From positions 1 through 62,535 of the forward strand of contig JBHPGO010000002.1 of the NCBI GenBank assembly GCA_042570465.1: 62,535 nt of DNA, written 5' to 3'. How positions within the stretch are numbered: position 1 is the first letter of the stretch; each line of letters starts with the position of its first letter. Source of the stretch: Patescibacteria group bacterium (GTDB lineage Bacteria; Patescibacteriota; Microgenomatia; PFEM01; JBHPGO01). Below are positions 28,206-37,207 of the stretch, in pieces. The notes under the pieces were generated by a model. That model saw only the letters and a list, made by a program, of their open reading frames with translations, was not told the origin of the DNA and made no database searches. Made by a program: the position numbers and the translations under genes.

Positions 28206-28955
28206 TCAGTTCTGAAAACGTTTAAAAACCCTGAACATGATTGAAAGAAAATCAATTCTTTTTTCCCATTCCTCAAGTGAATCATAGTTTATAGTTTGCC
28301 ATTTTTTCAAACCGCCAGATTTTTTAATTTCCTTTTTAAACCGATCCGGGTCTTCCCAAGTTAAACCTCTAACCTCTTGATAACCAATTTTCAGTCCAGT
28401 TTGATGAACAAGCAACGGCCATTCAACACAAGCTCCCCAGCTTTTTTCTCGTGAATTATTAAGCATTACCTTAGCCGCTCGACGATTAAATAGAAAAGTG
28501 GCCGCCAAAACATCAACTTGAAAGCCAATTACCTTTGAAACTAAATAGTTGGTGATGATTTCCGTTTTTTGCCAAGAAAAGGGGTAAGTAGAAAAAACTT
28601 TTGGACCCCGACCCGAAATCAAAAAATCTTGAGGAAGTGGTTTGGCTAATATCTCTTTTAATTCCTTGGGGGCAACTTCAAGCCAATGAAAAATTTTATC
28701 AAAATCACAAACAAAAAAATTATCAGTTTCTGTTTGAAGGGCAATCTCAAGAGCTCTTTTCCGAGCCTCTCCCCACTGACCCCCGATAACGAGCTGGCAA
28801 CCTAATTTTTTTAATGATTCAATGACTTTTTTGTCAGTGGCCTTAGTATAGGCAATAATTATCTGATTAGGATAAACAACCAGCTTCTCACGAACTTTTT
28901 TTATCAGAGGCAAAAATCTACCTTCTGGATCGTGAAGAGTGGAAAGAATAAACAT
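28206..28955 (-). CDS. hypothetical protein, possibly GT-A-like
   Basis: 249 aa ORF with a DFD motif (FFVCDFDKIF). No confident family assignment. Confidence 0.4.
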   Translation of the reverse strand: MFILSTLHDPEGRFLPLIKKVREKLVVYPNQIIIAYTKATDKKVIESLKKLGCQLVIGGQWGEARKRALEIALQTETDNFFVCDFDKIFHWLEVAPKELKEILAKPLPQDFLISGRGPKVFSTYPFSWQKTEIITNYLVSKVIGFQVDVLAATFLFNRRAAKVMLNNSREKSWGACVEWPLLVHQTGLKIGYQEVRGLTWEDPDRFKKEIKKSGGLKKWQTINYDSLEEWEKRIDFLSIMFRVFKRFQN

Positions 28956-28994
28956 AAAAATAAATTTACCTGGAAGGCAAAAGCTATCGTTTAT

Positions 28995-29045
28995 CCCGAG
29001 GTCACGCTTTTAACACGATCTGGGCAACCTCGGGGGGGTTGATTG
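28995..29045. repeat. GC-rich hairpin repeat, copy d (degenerate left arm)
   Basis: cccgaggt-24 nt-acctcggg, followed by ggggttgattg. The right half tgggcaacctcggg equals that of copy a. Confidence 0.7.
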
Positions 29046-29046
29046 T

Positions 29047-29460
29047 CTATCGCGTGATGGTGATCGTTTCACCCAGCTCCGCACTAGAAGCGCTGGCCGT
29101 TAAGCGACCATCTGCCTCCTGGAATAAAACATAGTCGGTACTGGCCGCATCACCATCGGCTGGATCAAATGGAACCGCCGGAATATAAGCCGGAACCAAA
29201 TCTGTAGCTAAATTCAAACCACCGGAACCAATGTCTGTCGCCGAACTTGTGATCGCCGCTGGGAAATTGCCATCGTTGGAAACAGCGAATTGGTGACAAG
29301 CATTAAGAGTTTGGTAAATGTCATTCCGTCGCTGAGTGTTTCTGGCTTGGGCAAAATTTCGGGCCGGGTTAACGGCGACCAAAACAATTGCTGCTAATAT
29401 GGCGATGACGCCGATAACAACCAAAAGCTCAATTAGTGTAAAACCCTTATTTTTTTTCAT
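29047..29460 (-). CDS. type IV pilin / pseudopilin
   Basis: MKKNKGFTLIELLVVIGVIAILAAIVL is a class III signal with Gly-Phe cleavage and Glu+5. Alternative upstream starts are TTG at 29469 and GTG at 29484, after a GGGGGTG SD. Confidence 0.85.
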   Translation of the reverse strand: MKKNKGFTLIELLVVIGVIAILAAIVLVAVNPARNFAQARNTQRRNDIYQTLNACHQFAVSNDGNFPAAITSSATDIGSGGLNLATDLVPAYIPAVPFDPADGDAASTDYVLFQEADGRLTASASSAELGETITITR

Positions 29461-29580
29461 ATAAAACAAATCTAATTGATTCACCCCCTCTCCGAGGATA
29501 ATTTCTTATTTAATATTTCTTCTTTAAGGTTAGCAAAGAAAAATTCAGCTTGTCAAGCACTGACTGAAAAACCTCCTTGA

Positions 29581-29781
29581 TTAATCTTTCAATATCTGAG
29601 CCGCTTTTTTTACTTGAACAACATTTAAGGTTGGCCGAAACGATTCAACTAGCTCCGGACGAACTGCCTTTGAGCGGGAAAGACATTCATAGCTCGTTTT
29701 AAACGAATATACCAACCAGCCAACCAAGAAAATTAATAATCCAGCTTTGATGATGATTCCGGTCTTGATTTCTTTTTTCAT
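29581..29781 (-). CDS. small membrane protein of the pilus operon
   Basis: 66 aa, one TM helix. 4-nt overlap with the upstream gene. Confidence 0.45.
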   Translation of the reverse strand: MKKEIKTGIIIKAGLLIFLVGWLVYSFKTSYECLSRSKAVRPELVESFRPTLNVVQVKKAAQILKD

Positions 29782-30539
29782 TCGACAAAAAAGGCCGAGT
29801 CAACATAGAGCCTAACTTGGAAAACAAGGCGACTCTCGGCCTGACTTAATTGGTAAAAATTAATCGTTTTCGCTTTCATTAAAATTGGTAAATTAAAAGT
29901 ATTTGTTAAAAATCGCTCTAAATTTTCAACTCCCCCTCTGGCTTCAATAAAAAGATCTAAATAGTTATTTCCAGCCTCATCTAAACGCGGCTGATCTGTT
30001 TCAAAGCTAAAGACATCAACAACTACTTCGGTTTGTAGTTCAATTCCCCGAAGATGATCAAAAAGATCAATGATTTCTGCTTCATTAGGTAGTGCCTGAC
30101 TGATTAATAAAATCTCATTTTCTACTTGACTAAGGTCAAGAGCCATTTTTTTATAATTAACCCCCATTTCCGAAAGAGCGATCCAGTGGCTTCTTTTTTG
30201 TTCGATTTGCTCAACCAGCAATTTTAATTGAGTTCGAGAATAATGAGCCCCAACCAAAAAGAACAATCCCAAAAAACCGGCCACTGCCAACCGCCAAGAA
30301 AGTTTTGGCGATTTTTTTCCGGCCACCTTTTTCCGGTTATTTTTAAACCAGTTATTTTTCATGCTTGACCCAGTTTTCCCCTTAGCAACTTTTGTTCTGC
30401 CTGGTTTTTTAGCTACTACGGGCGGCTTTTTAGCATTTTTCACCGACAATTTACTCTCGGTATTTTTTACCTGAGTAACCGATTGGGAAAGATTATTTTT
30501 TTTATTTTTGGTCAACGAGGGTGACGGTAAAGTTGACAT
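29778..30539 (-). CDS. PilO-like pilus assembly protein
   Basis: Basic low-complexity N-terminus, one TM helix, coiled coil and a C-terminal alpha/beta domain. Assignment rests on position after pilM/N. Confidence 0.45.
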   Translation of the reverse strand: MSTLPSPSLTKNKKNNLSQSVTQVKNTESKLSVKNAKKPPVVAKKPGRTKVAKGKTGSSMKNNWFKNNRKKVAGKKSPKLSWRLAVAGFLGLFFLVGAHYSRTQLKLLVEQIEQKRSHWIALSEMGVNYKKMALDLSQVENEILLISQALPNEAEIIDLFDHLRGIELQTEVVVDVFSFETDQPRLDEAGNNYLDLFIEARGGVENLERFLTNTFNLPILMKAKTINFYQLSQAESRLVFQVRLYVDSAFFVE

Positions 30540-31920
30540 TCTCCTCCTTTTCTAAACTTGATAATGGAATATGAACTCGAAAAAACTGACCAGAACTTTC
30601 TAAGTTTTGTCGGAATAAGAGTAATTTTCCCCGAGTAGAAACAAAACCATCAACAAAATAACTGGTGGCACTATCATCATAGGCAATGTGGTTAATAACC
30701 ATTTCTTCGGGAACACTTTGGCGAATAAGAGTAACTTTGTCAACAATCATCTTTTCCGAACCAGCAAGATTGATAATTTTTCCTGATTCAAGGTTGAGAA
30801 AAGCCACCTCTTTTTCCAGCCTCTTCGCTTCCATCGTCATTCCAGCCTGAAGTTCGATAATTTCCCCCTCCAAACGCTTCATCTCAAAGTAAACATGGGC
30901 CGCCGTCACACTATAACTGAAAAAAGCCAGTAATAAACCTAAAAGACTAAGCTTAGCCCATGAACTAACTTTTCTAACCTTGGCCACTTGGTCATAAAAC
31001 CCTTGAATCCTGGGGGGAATTAAATTAATTGTCTTTTCATCGACCGGAGAAGCAACTTTCTTTTTAGCCAAAGAAATCAAAGAAAACAAGCCCATTTCTT
31101 TTGGATTAGGGCTCAATAAGGCACTCGGAACCCCGCTACTTTCCCTGATCTTTTTGGCCAAAGCCGTGGTTGCTTTTTCTCCACTAAAAAGAATTTTATT
31201 AACTTTTCGGCTTTTTTCTTTTTCACCAACTTTTTTCCGATAAAAATGTAAAACATTGCTGACTGTTTTTTCAATTTCCCCGATAGCTTCGCTTTCATTG
31301 TCGTAAGTCAAGGTTGAGCTAACTTCAACCCCTCCCCCCGGACCAACAACTACTAAAATTGCTTCGTCTTGCCGGACTTCAACGACCATCGCCGCTTGGC
31401 CACTTTTCTCCACTAGCCTAGCCAAACTTAATGAAGTTGCTTCCAGGGCGATTGGCTGAAGATCTAATTCTTCTAAAAGTTGGACATAGTCATCAACTAG
31501 CTCTTGGGGAAGAGCCATCGCCAGTAAACGAATCGCCTTTTCACTTTTTTGCAATATCATCCAATCAAGATAAGCTTTGTCCAATGGAAAAGGCAAAACC
31601 GGTTCAGACTCCCAACGAACCGCTTCATTAATTTCTTCAAAATCCAGAAGAGGTAAAACAACTGTTCGAGTGAAAGCACGAACTTCCGGCAAGCCAATAA
31701 TGACAAATTTATGCTTTATTTTTGAAGATTTTAAAAGCTGAACTAAGGCTTGAGAAAGTTTTTCCTTTTGCTTGATCTGACCGCGCTCAATTATTCCGGT
31801 CTCAAGCTTAATTTGTAAGTATTTTCGAAGTCGCCCTTTACTGCCAACCTGGGCTAACCGAACCCGAAAGTCGGAAAAAGAAAGGGCAAAATAATCATTT
31901 TTATGACTTATAAAACTCAT
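30502..31920 (-). CDS. pilM: PilM (actin-like ATPase) fused to a PilN-like TM/coiled-coil segment
   Basis: 472 aa. N-terminal PilM-like fold (ALSFSDFRVRLAQV...IGLPEV...), then a TM helix (LSLLGLLLAFFSYSVTAAHVYF) and a periplasmic domain. Confidence 0.65.
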   Translation of the reverse strand: MSFISHKNDYFALSFSDFRVRLAQVGSKGRLRKYLQIKLETGIIERGQIKQKEKLSQALVQLLKSSKIKHKFVIIGLPEVRAFTRTVVLPLLDFEEINEAVRWESEPVLPFPLDKAYLDWMILQKSEKAIRLLAMALPQELVDDYVQLLEELDLQPIALEATSLSLARLVEKSGQAAMVVEVRQDEAILVVVGPGGGVEVSSTLTYDNESEAIGEIEKTVSNVLHFYRKKVGEKEKSRKVNKILFSGEKATTALAKKIRESSGVPSALLSPNPKEMGLFSLISLAKKKVASPVDEKTINLIPPRIQGFYDQVAKVRKVSSWAKLSLLGLLLAFFSYSVTAAHVYFEMKRLEGEIIELQAGMTMEAKRLEKEVAFLNLESGKIINLAGSEKMIVDKVTLIRQSVPEEMVINHIAYDDSATSYFVDGFVSTRGKLLLFRQNLESSGQFFRVHIPLSSLEKEENVNFTVTLVDQK

Positions 31921-32111
31921 GGGCAGGTTTAATAAATTAAAAATTAAATATCAAAAATCAAAAATATTAATTTCGGCTTCGACCATCTAACCATCTAACC
32001 ATTAAACATTTCTGTTCAAGCGTTCAAGCTGTTCAAATCGTTCAAAAAATATGACTCATCACTAGCTCTTTTTATTCTAGTTCCTGAACTCCTAATTTCT
32101 AATTACTGAAA

Positions 32112-32492
32112 TCACTCAATCTCTTGCAAATTACTCACGATCATCTCTCCATCAATAAAGTTCACTTCGGCCTGAAGACGACGAATAGCCTGACCACTAT
32201 CACACTGCGCCGTCATTGTCCACGGGTTTAGGCCACTGATATCAATTGTACAAGGCATTGCTGCCACTTGTAAACTTTCACCTGAGTAATTCGGGTTTCT
32301 CAAGATTCTCATTAATCCGTTTTCGACCGCCCCCTCAACCGAAACCAATACTTTTTCTCCTGTTGAAGAACTGGAACTTAAAAGTAAGCTGCCCAAACTC
32401 AAATACAATGAACCGGCCCCAACAGTTAGGATAATCAACAAAATAATTAGAATCGGAATCAAGGCTTGACCTTGGTTTTTACGTTTAGACAT
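32112..32492 (-). CDS. PilX-N-like minor pilin
   Basis: MSKRKNQGQALIPILIILLIILTVGAGSLYL resembles the PilX N-terminal segment. ATG at 32492 is preferred over the track start 32561. Confidence 0.5.
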   Translation of the reverse strand: MSKRKNQGQALIPILIILLIILTVGAGSLYLSLGSLLLSSSSSTGEKVLVSVEGAVENGLMRILRNPNYSGESLQVAAMPCTIDISGLNPWTMTAQCDSGQAIRRLQAEVNFIDGEMIVSNLQEIE

Positions 32493-32691
32493 TTTAGAAT
32501 ATATGGTTACACCATGGTTATATCTTGTTACACGTTGTTGCAAATTGCTGTTTATTTCCAATTTCTGCCTCTTATTCCATTATTTTTCGTTTCTTATTCT
32601 ATTCCCTATACCCTAAACACTAAACCCAATACGCTATACGCTAATTTCTTAATATCTGATATCTGAATTCTGTATTCTTAATTCTAGATTC

Positions 32692-33198
32692 TCATCTCAA
32701 ACTTATCGTGGTCTTAAAATTTTCCGAGATGGTTCGACCACCTTCAAACAAGTAATTTGAATCAACCGTCATCTGGATCTTGACACTGGCTGTCTGAGTC
32801 GCTTCACCAACATTTTCAAAACTAAGAGCTGTAATCGACACACCATTATCACTCAAGGAAAAAGTAGTTCCCCCATCAACTTTTTCTAAAACCCCATCGT
32901 TAACCTGATAAAGAAGCGTTCCACCGTTTAAAGACAAGTCGGCGGCCGAATTGCCTGATGTCGGTGAAACAACTCCCTCGGCCTTTCTGATTGACTGATT
33001 CATATCAGAAAAAATTCGAATGAAATTTTGCTGAAGATTAGTCATCGCCATTGAATTGGCCGCACTGGTTTTGATGGTGATAAAAAGTTGAGTGATCAGC
33101 AAAAGGAACAAAGAAAAAATCGCTCCGTAAATCAGAACCTCGATTAAAGTGAAGCCAGTTTGGCCGTTTTTGCGATTTGTTTTTTTGATTTTTGTCAT
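32692..33198 (-). CDS. prepilin-type N-terminal cleavage/methylation domain protein
   Basis: GQTGFTLIEVLIYGAIFSLFLLL motif. Confidence 0.75.
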   Translation of the reverse strand: MTKIKKTNRKNGQTGFTLIEVLIYGAIFSLFLLLITQLFITIKTSAANSMAMTNLQQNFIRIFSDMNQSIRKAEGVVSPTSGNSAADLSLNGGTLLYQVNDGVLEKVDGGTTFSLSDNGVSITALSFENVGEATQTASVKIQMTVDSNYLFEGGRTISENFKTTISLR

Positions 33199-33243
33199 TT
33201 GAAATTGTTTAGATTTTAGAAATTAGGATTTAGTAATTTCGTC

Positions 33244-34587
33244 TCAGGGTGAATAATTCAAACTAACATCATATAAAATCGGTGTCTCTTGACCATCCGA
33301 AAAAAGATAGGCCTTATAGCGACAATATTGGCCAAAATTATTTCCTAACCAAATCCCTTCTCCATCAGAATCACTATAAAGATCAGACTCCCCAGTCGTT
33401 CCTCCCGGCCCGTAGTAAACCCAAGGACCAGCCGGATTGTTACTGGTAGCTACCTGAAGCCCAACTGAGGTTTGAAGAGGCAAAAAAGCATTATAAGAAA
33501 TCCGGTTAAAAGCTATCTCATGATGAGCATCAAAAACTGATGAATATAAAGCCCCACTTAAATAATAACCCCCAACTCCACCAGCTAAAGTCATATTATC
33601 TAAATATAAAATCGTCCCGGGCGAAACATTCATCGGTTTGAAAAACAAAAAGTCTAAATTAACTTCATTGTCGCCGCTGATTTCTGCGTAAGCTAAAGAA
33701 ACAAAATGCCATTCCTGAGAAGGAATTACAATTTCCTGGAAAGTTCCACCCCACTCACCATGAATCCCAAAAGACTGCTCAGTTTCAGCAGTGCTGTAAA
33801 CCCAAAATTCGAAACGAGTAAAACCTAAAGTACAAATACTTTGAACATTTCTTAATTTTGTGTCTGCCCCATTAAAGTTAATTAACTCCAAGGCTTTTTC
33901 ACCTTCATAGACCTCCCCTTCCAAAGAAGTAATTTCCCTGATATCGTTTTTCCCTGAAGGATGAACTACCCAAGTATTATAAAACAGCTCATCATAAAGA
34001 ATTGGTCCATCAGGACTTTCGCTGCACCCACCTTCCAACTGAACTTCACCATCATCAACTTGGGTGGTCTCAACGAATTCTTTTTCTCCCAGATCAAATT
34101 CCGCCTGGGTCGTTTGAGTCCAAACCAAATTATCTAAATGACGAGTCAAATAAGTTGTTAGGGAAAATGTCCTCTGCCTTAACGCTTCCCAAGCCACATT
34201 GACTGTCACCACCTTGGTCGCCAAGTCCAATGTTCCCCCTGAGGAAACAATTTGTCCCTGATCATCCCGATAGACCGGCTCAATCAATACCTGGCGATTA
34301 TAAGTATCAATCTCTTCACCATCGGCATCAGGAACCAATTGCCAAACCCCTCCGGAAGAATCAAGGGAATAAACACCATCAATCATCTCCGCCCAATTTC
34401 TTTCTCGAACTGACCTTAAAGCTTCAACAGCCTCCCGGGCCAACCCTTGCGCTCGAACCTCACGAGAAGCAAACCAACTACTCTCCACACTGGCGACTAA
34501 AAAATTCAAAGCCGGCACCAAAATTACCCCTAAAAGCGCGGCGGCCATCAAAACTTCGAGCAAAACAATACCTTTATTTTTTATCAT
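33244..34587 (-). CDS. large minor pilin-like protein
   Basis: MIKNKGIVLLEVLMAAALLGVIL is a prepilin-like leader with Glu+5. A roughly 400-aa beta-rich C-terminal region follows. Confidence 0.6.
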   Translation of the reverse strand: MIKNKGIVLLEVLMAAALLGVILVPALNFLVASVESSWFASREVRAQGLAREAVEALRSVRERNWAEMIDGVYSLDSSGGVWQLVPDADGEEIDTYNRQVLIEPVYRDDQGQIVSSGGTLDLATKVVTVNVAWEALRQRTFSLTTYLTRHLDNLVWTQTTQAEFDLGEKEFVETTQVDDGEVQLEGGCSESPDGPILYDELFYNTWVVHPSGKNDIREITSLEGEVYEGEKALELINFNGADTKLRNVQSICTLGFTRFEFWVYSTAETEQSFGIHGEWGGTFQEIVIPSQEWHFVSLAYAEISGDNEVNLDFLFFKPMNVSPGTILYLDNMTLAGGVGGYYLSGALYSSVFDAHHEIAFNRISYNAFLPLQTSVGLQVATSNNPAGPWVYYGPGGTTGESDLYSDSDGEGIWLGNNFGQYCRYKAYLFSDGQETPILYDVSLNYSP

Positions 34588-34615
34588 AAGTAATTATGTA
34601 ACTAGTAAATTGTAA

Positions 34616-35002
34616 TTAGGATTTTTGCTTTTCCTTAGCTTTCATAGTCGAATTTATCAAACCGTTTAGACTCGGACGCATTTTTTGATAAGTCTGAAGA
34701 TATTTCTTTTCAAATATCGCCTTAGCCTTTTCTCTTTCACTTAAAAGATCGAACCAGTGCCTTGATTCCAATAATGAACCCCGAGAGTTAAAGTAAAACT
34801 TGACTTTATCTAAGTAATGGAAACGTCCGTAGCCTTCGGCAACATTGGCTCCGACAGAATCGGTTGACTCAATAAATTGGTTACCCATTATTTTCTTGTC
34901 CTGCCAATCTAAATCTTGATAGATTTTCCAAGAAATTTTGCTTAATTTCCTGGCTAATTTATAAACTTCTAACTTGTCTAAGGACAAATAGTCTTTGGCC
35001 AT
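34616..35002 (-). CDS. four-helix-bundle protein (23S rRNA IVS / Avd-like family)
   Basis: NQFIESTDSVGANVAEGYGRFHYLDKVKFYFNSRGSLLESRHW matches the family signature Q..RS..SI.ANI.EG. Confidence 0.8.
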   Translation of the reverse strand: MAKDYLSLDKLEVYKLARKLSKISWKIYQDLDWQDKKIMGNQFIESTDSVGANVAEGYGRFHYLDKVKFYFNSRGSLLESRHWFDLLSEREKAKAIFEKKYLQTYQKMRPSLNGLINSTMKAKEKQKS

Positions 35003-35053
35003 TATTAAAGAATCCTAATTACATAATTTCTAATTACTAATTACCAATTACCC

Positions 35054-35533
35054 TTACTGTTCCTCTATCAAAACTACTCCCAATTGGTTAACGCTAATTT
35101 TCTCCCTCATGGATGATTGCTGATCGGCAATCATCAGATAATTATTCACCGGGTCAAAACCAAGAATTTCACCGGTAATTTTTTCAAAAACTATACTGTC
35201 GGCCGGTAAAAAGATTTCGTCAATCCTGACTGAATCCGGCAAAACAAATACTTGATTTTGGGAATTTCCTGAACTGTAAACCGTCCCGGGAAAAAGCGTG
35301 TATTGATCATCTTCAAAATAAACTCCAAAATTAAGTGCCTGACTGCCACCAAGGGAAAAGCCAGCCACGGTCTTAACTCTGGCTTCACTGATGAGGCTCT
35401 CAATTTTCCGAGCTTCGATTATCAAACGATCTTTTTTAACAAAATTGTCATAAACAACTGTTCCTAAAGAAAACAAGATAACCAATAAGGCAATCACAAT
35501 TAATACTTCAATTTGAGAAAAGCCTTTTTTCAT
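35054..35533 (-). CDS. prepilin-type pseudopilin (GspH/FimT-like)
   Basis: MKKGFSQIEVLIVIALLVILFSLG. ATG at 35533. Confidence 0.7.
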   Translation of the reverse strand: MKKGFSQIEVLIVIALLVILFSLGTVVYDNFVKKDRLIIEARKIESLISEARVKTVAGFSLGGSQALNFGVYFEDDQYTLFPGTVYSSGNSQNQVFVLPDSVRIDEIFLPADSIVFEKITGEILGFDPVNNYLMIADQQSSMREKISVNQLGVVLIEEQ

Positions 35534-35557
35534 TTTTGAGTCTTTAAGTAATGACAA

Positions 35558-36787
35558 CTAACTCCCACCGACACTCATCGACAAACTTCCAACAAAAGAG
35601 TAAATCGGAGCGATCAGAGAAACGACGACTGCCCCAACCCCTAAACCAATTGCTAGCATTAAGAGAGGTTCGATCAAGTCGGTCATTGTTTTTAATGAAT
35701 TACTGACTTTTTCTTCATAAAAAACTGCCAAGTCAAAGAGCAACTTATCCAATGTGGCTGTCTTTTCTCCAGTCATAATCATACTGGTCATAATCGGCGG
35801 AAAAAGCTGAGTTTCTTTCAGTACCTCTGAAAGCTGCCGCCCCTGACCAACCTGCTCAGTCAAAAGACCCTTGACCTTCTTGAATCTCGGCAATTTCAAC
35901 ATCCCTGACGAAACTTCTAAGGCACTGACAATCGAAACCCCACTTTTCAGCAAGGTAGAAAGAGTTCGACTAAATCTAGTTATCGCCAAATCAGTATAAA
36001 AATCTTTAATCACCGGCAAACGAGACAAAATATTTACCAATAGTTCTCTACCCCGACGACTGGCTAAAAACATCACCAAACCCGTTCCTAGTGCCCCTAA
36101 GCCGACTAAGAAGAAGAGAATATTTTTTGAAAGGAAAAGGCCAATTTTAAGAATGACCATCGTGTGAGCCGGTAGAGGAAAAGTATCGCTTAACCTTAAA
36201 AGAACCGGAGAAATCTTTGGCACGACAAAGACAAGTAAGCCCAAACCCAAACCCATTGTCGCCATCGTCACGACGACCGGGTAAGCCAAAGTACTTTTAA
36301 TTTTCTGACTCAATTCATAGTCAGCATAAAGCTGTTTCCCTAAGTACTCAAAAGATTGCTCCAAGGTTCCACTGTCTTCACCGGCCTTGATCAAAGTCAA
36401 GAAAACATTATCAAACACTTGAGGGTGCCGAGCAAAAGCATTCGAAAGGAATTGACCTTTTTGGATACCGGAGCGAACATCATCGAGAATCTTTTGCATC
36501 GCCGGATGGTTAATTTCCGCCGATAAAACCTCAACCGCCTCAGACAAAGGCAAGCCAGACTTGATCATCGCCGCCATATAGCGACAAAAATTTGCTTTCT
36601 CAATTAATGGCAACCCTCCGGCAAGAAATTTTTTTCTTTTTTGAACCGATTTTGCTTCTTTAACAAAAAGGGGGGCCAAGCCTTGGTCTTTTATCTGACG
36701 ACCGGCCTCAACTTTAGAATCAGCGACCACTGATCCTTCTTTGATCTTGCCCTTTTTTGTTTTGGCTTTGTAGTTAAAAATGCTCAT
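35558..36787 (-). CDS. pilC: type IV pilus assembly platform protein PilC (GspF family)
   Basis: 409 aa. Two GspF-type repeats with three TM helices, and the typical N-terminus FNYKAKTKKGKIKEGSV. Confidence 0.85.
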   Translation of the reverse strand: MSIFNYKAKTKKGKIKEGSVVADSKVEAGRQIKDQGLAPLFVKEAKSVQKRKKFLAGGLPLIEKANFCRYMAAMIKSGLPLSEAVEVLSAEINHPAMQKILDDVRSGIQKGQFLSNAFARHPQVFDNVFLTLIKAGEDSGTLEQSFEYLGKQLYADYELSQKIKSTLAYPVVVTMATMGLGLGLLVFVVPKISPVLLRLSDTFPLPAHTMVILKIGLFLSKNILFFLVGLGALGTGLVMFLASRRGRELLVNILSRLPVIKDFYTDLAITRFSRTLSTLLKSGVSIVSALEVSSGMLKLPRFKKVKGLLTEQVGQGRQLSEVLKETQLFPPIMTSMIMTGEKTATLDKLLFDLAVFYEEKVSNSLKTMTDLIEPLLMLAIGLGVGAVVVSLIAPIYSFVGSLSMSVGGS

Positions 36788-36803
36788 TTTTTTATATCAA
36801 AAA

Positions 36804-37202
36804 TCAAAATTGTTTTTTACCCTTGAGGGTTAAAATACTTGAACCGATAATTTTTGAAATCTTAATTACTTCATTTAGTAAGTCATTCACTTCTTCAGAA
36901 TCTTCCTGACTGACTTCCTTTACCAAAATCAACCAATATTTTGTTTCATTCGCACTTTTTAAGGCAATCTCAAAATACCTAATGTATTCTCTTTTAGAGG
37001 ATGAAGATTTTGCTTCAACTACATTAGCACCAATTGAGGTAGAACTTCGAATTAACTGATCAATTATTGTCCAATAAAATTTCTTTTCCTTTAATTTATT
37101 TGAAAATTTAATAATTCTTACTGAAAATCTAACTAATCGCCTGGTAAATTCTTTTTTAAATTTTGATTTATCATTCTGATCTTTGAAATTTGATTTTTGC
37201 AT
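36804..37202 (-). CDS. four-helix-bundle protein (23S rRNA IVS / Avd-like family)
   Basis: DQLIRSSTSIGANVVEAKSSSSKREYIRYFEIALKSANETKYWL. Packed 16 nt and 5 nt from pilC and pilB. Confidence 0.8.
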   Translation of the reverse strand: MQKSNFKDQNDKSKFKKEFTRRLVRFSVRIIKFSNKLKEKKFYWTIIDQLIRSSTSIGANVVEAKSSSSKREYIRYFEIALKSANETKYWLILVKEVSQEDSEEVNDLLNEVIKISKIIGSSILTLKGKKQF

Positions 37203-37207
37203 TATCC

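Noticed and set aside
17615-29045. Considered an integron-like attC cassette array for the hairpin-delimited segments.
   Set aside because: The hairpins lack the RYYYAAC/GTTRRRY core sites and extrahelical-base architecture of attC. The cassettes are multi-gene with their own promoters and mixed orientations. No integrase is present.
31951-32691. Considered whether the short tandem words in the pilus spacers are a CRISPR array.
   Set aside because: The units are 7-9 nt, immediately adjacent and without unique spacers. There are no 25-40-nt repeats and no cas genes in the window.
33244-37202. Considered a diversity-generating retroelement, because of the two Avd-like four-helix-bundle genes next to a large C-terminally variable-looking minor pilin.
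   Set aside because: No reverse transcriptase ORF is present. By eye, no template/variable repeat pair with adenine-specific differences is detectable in the window.
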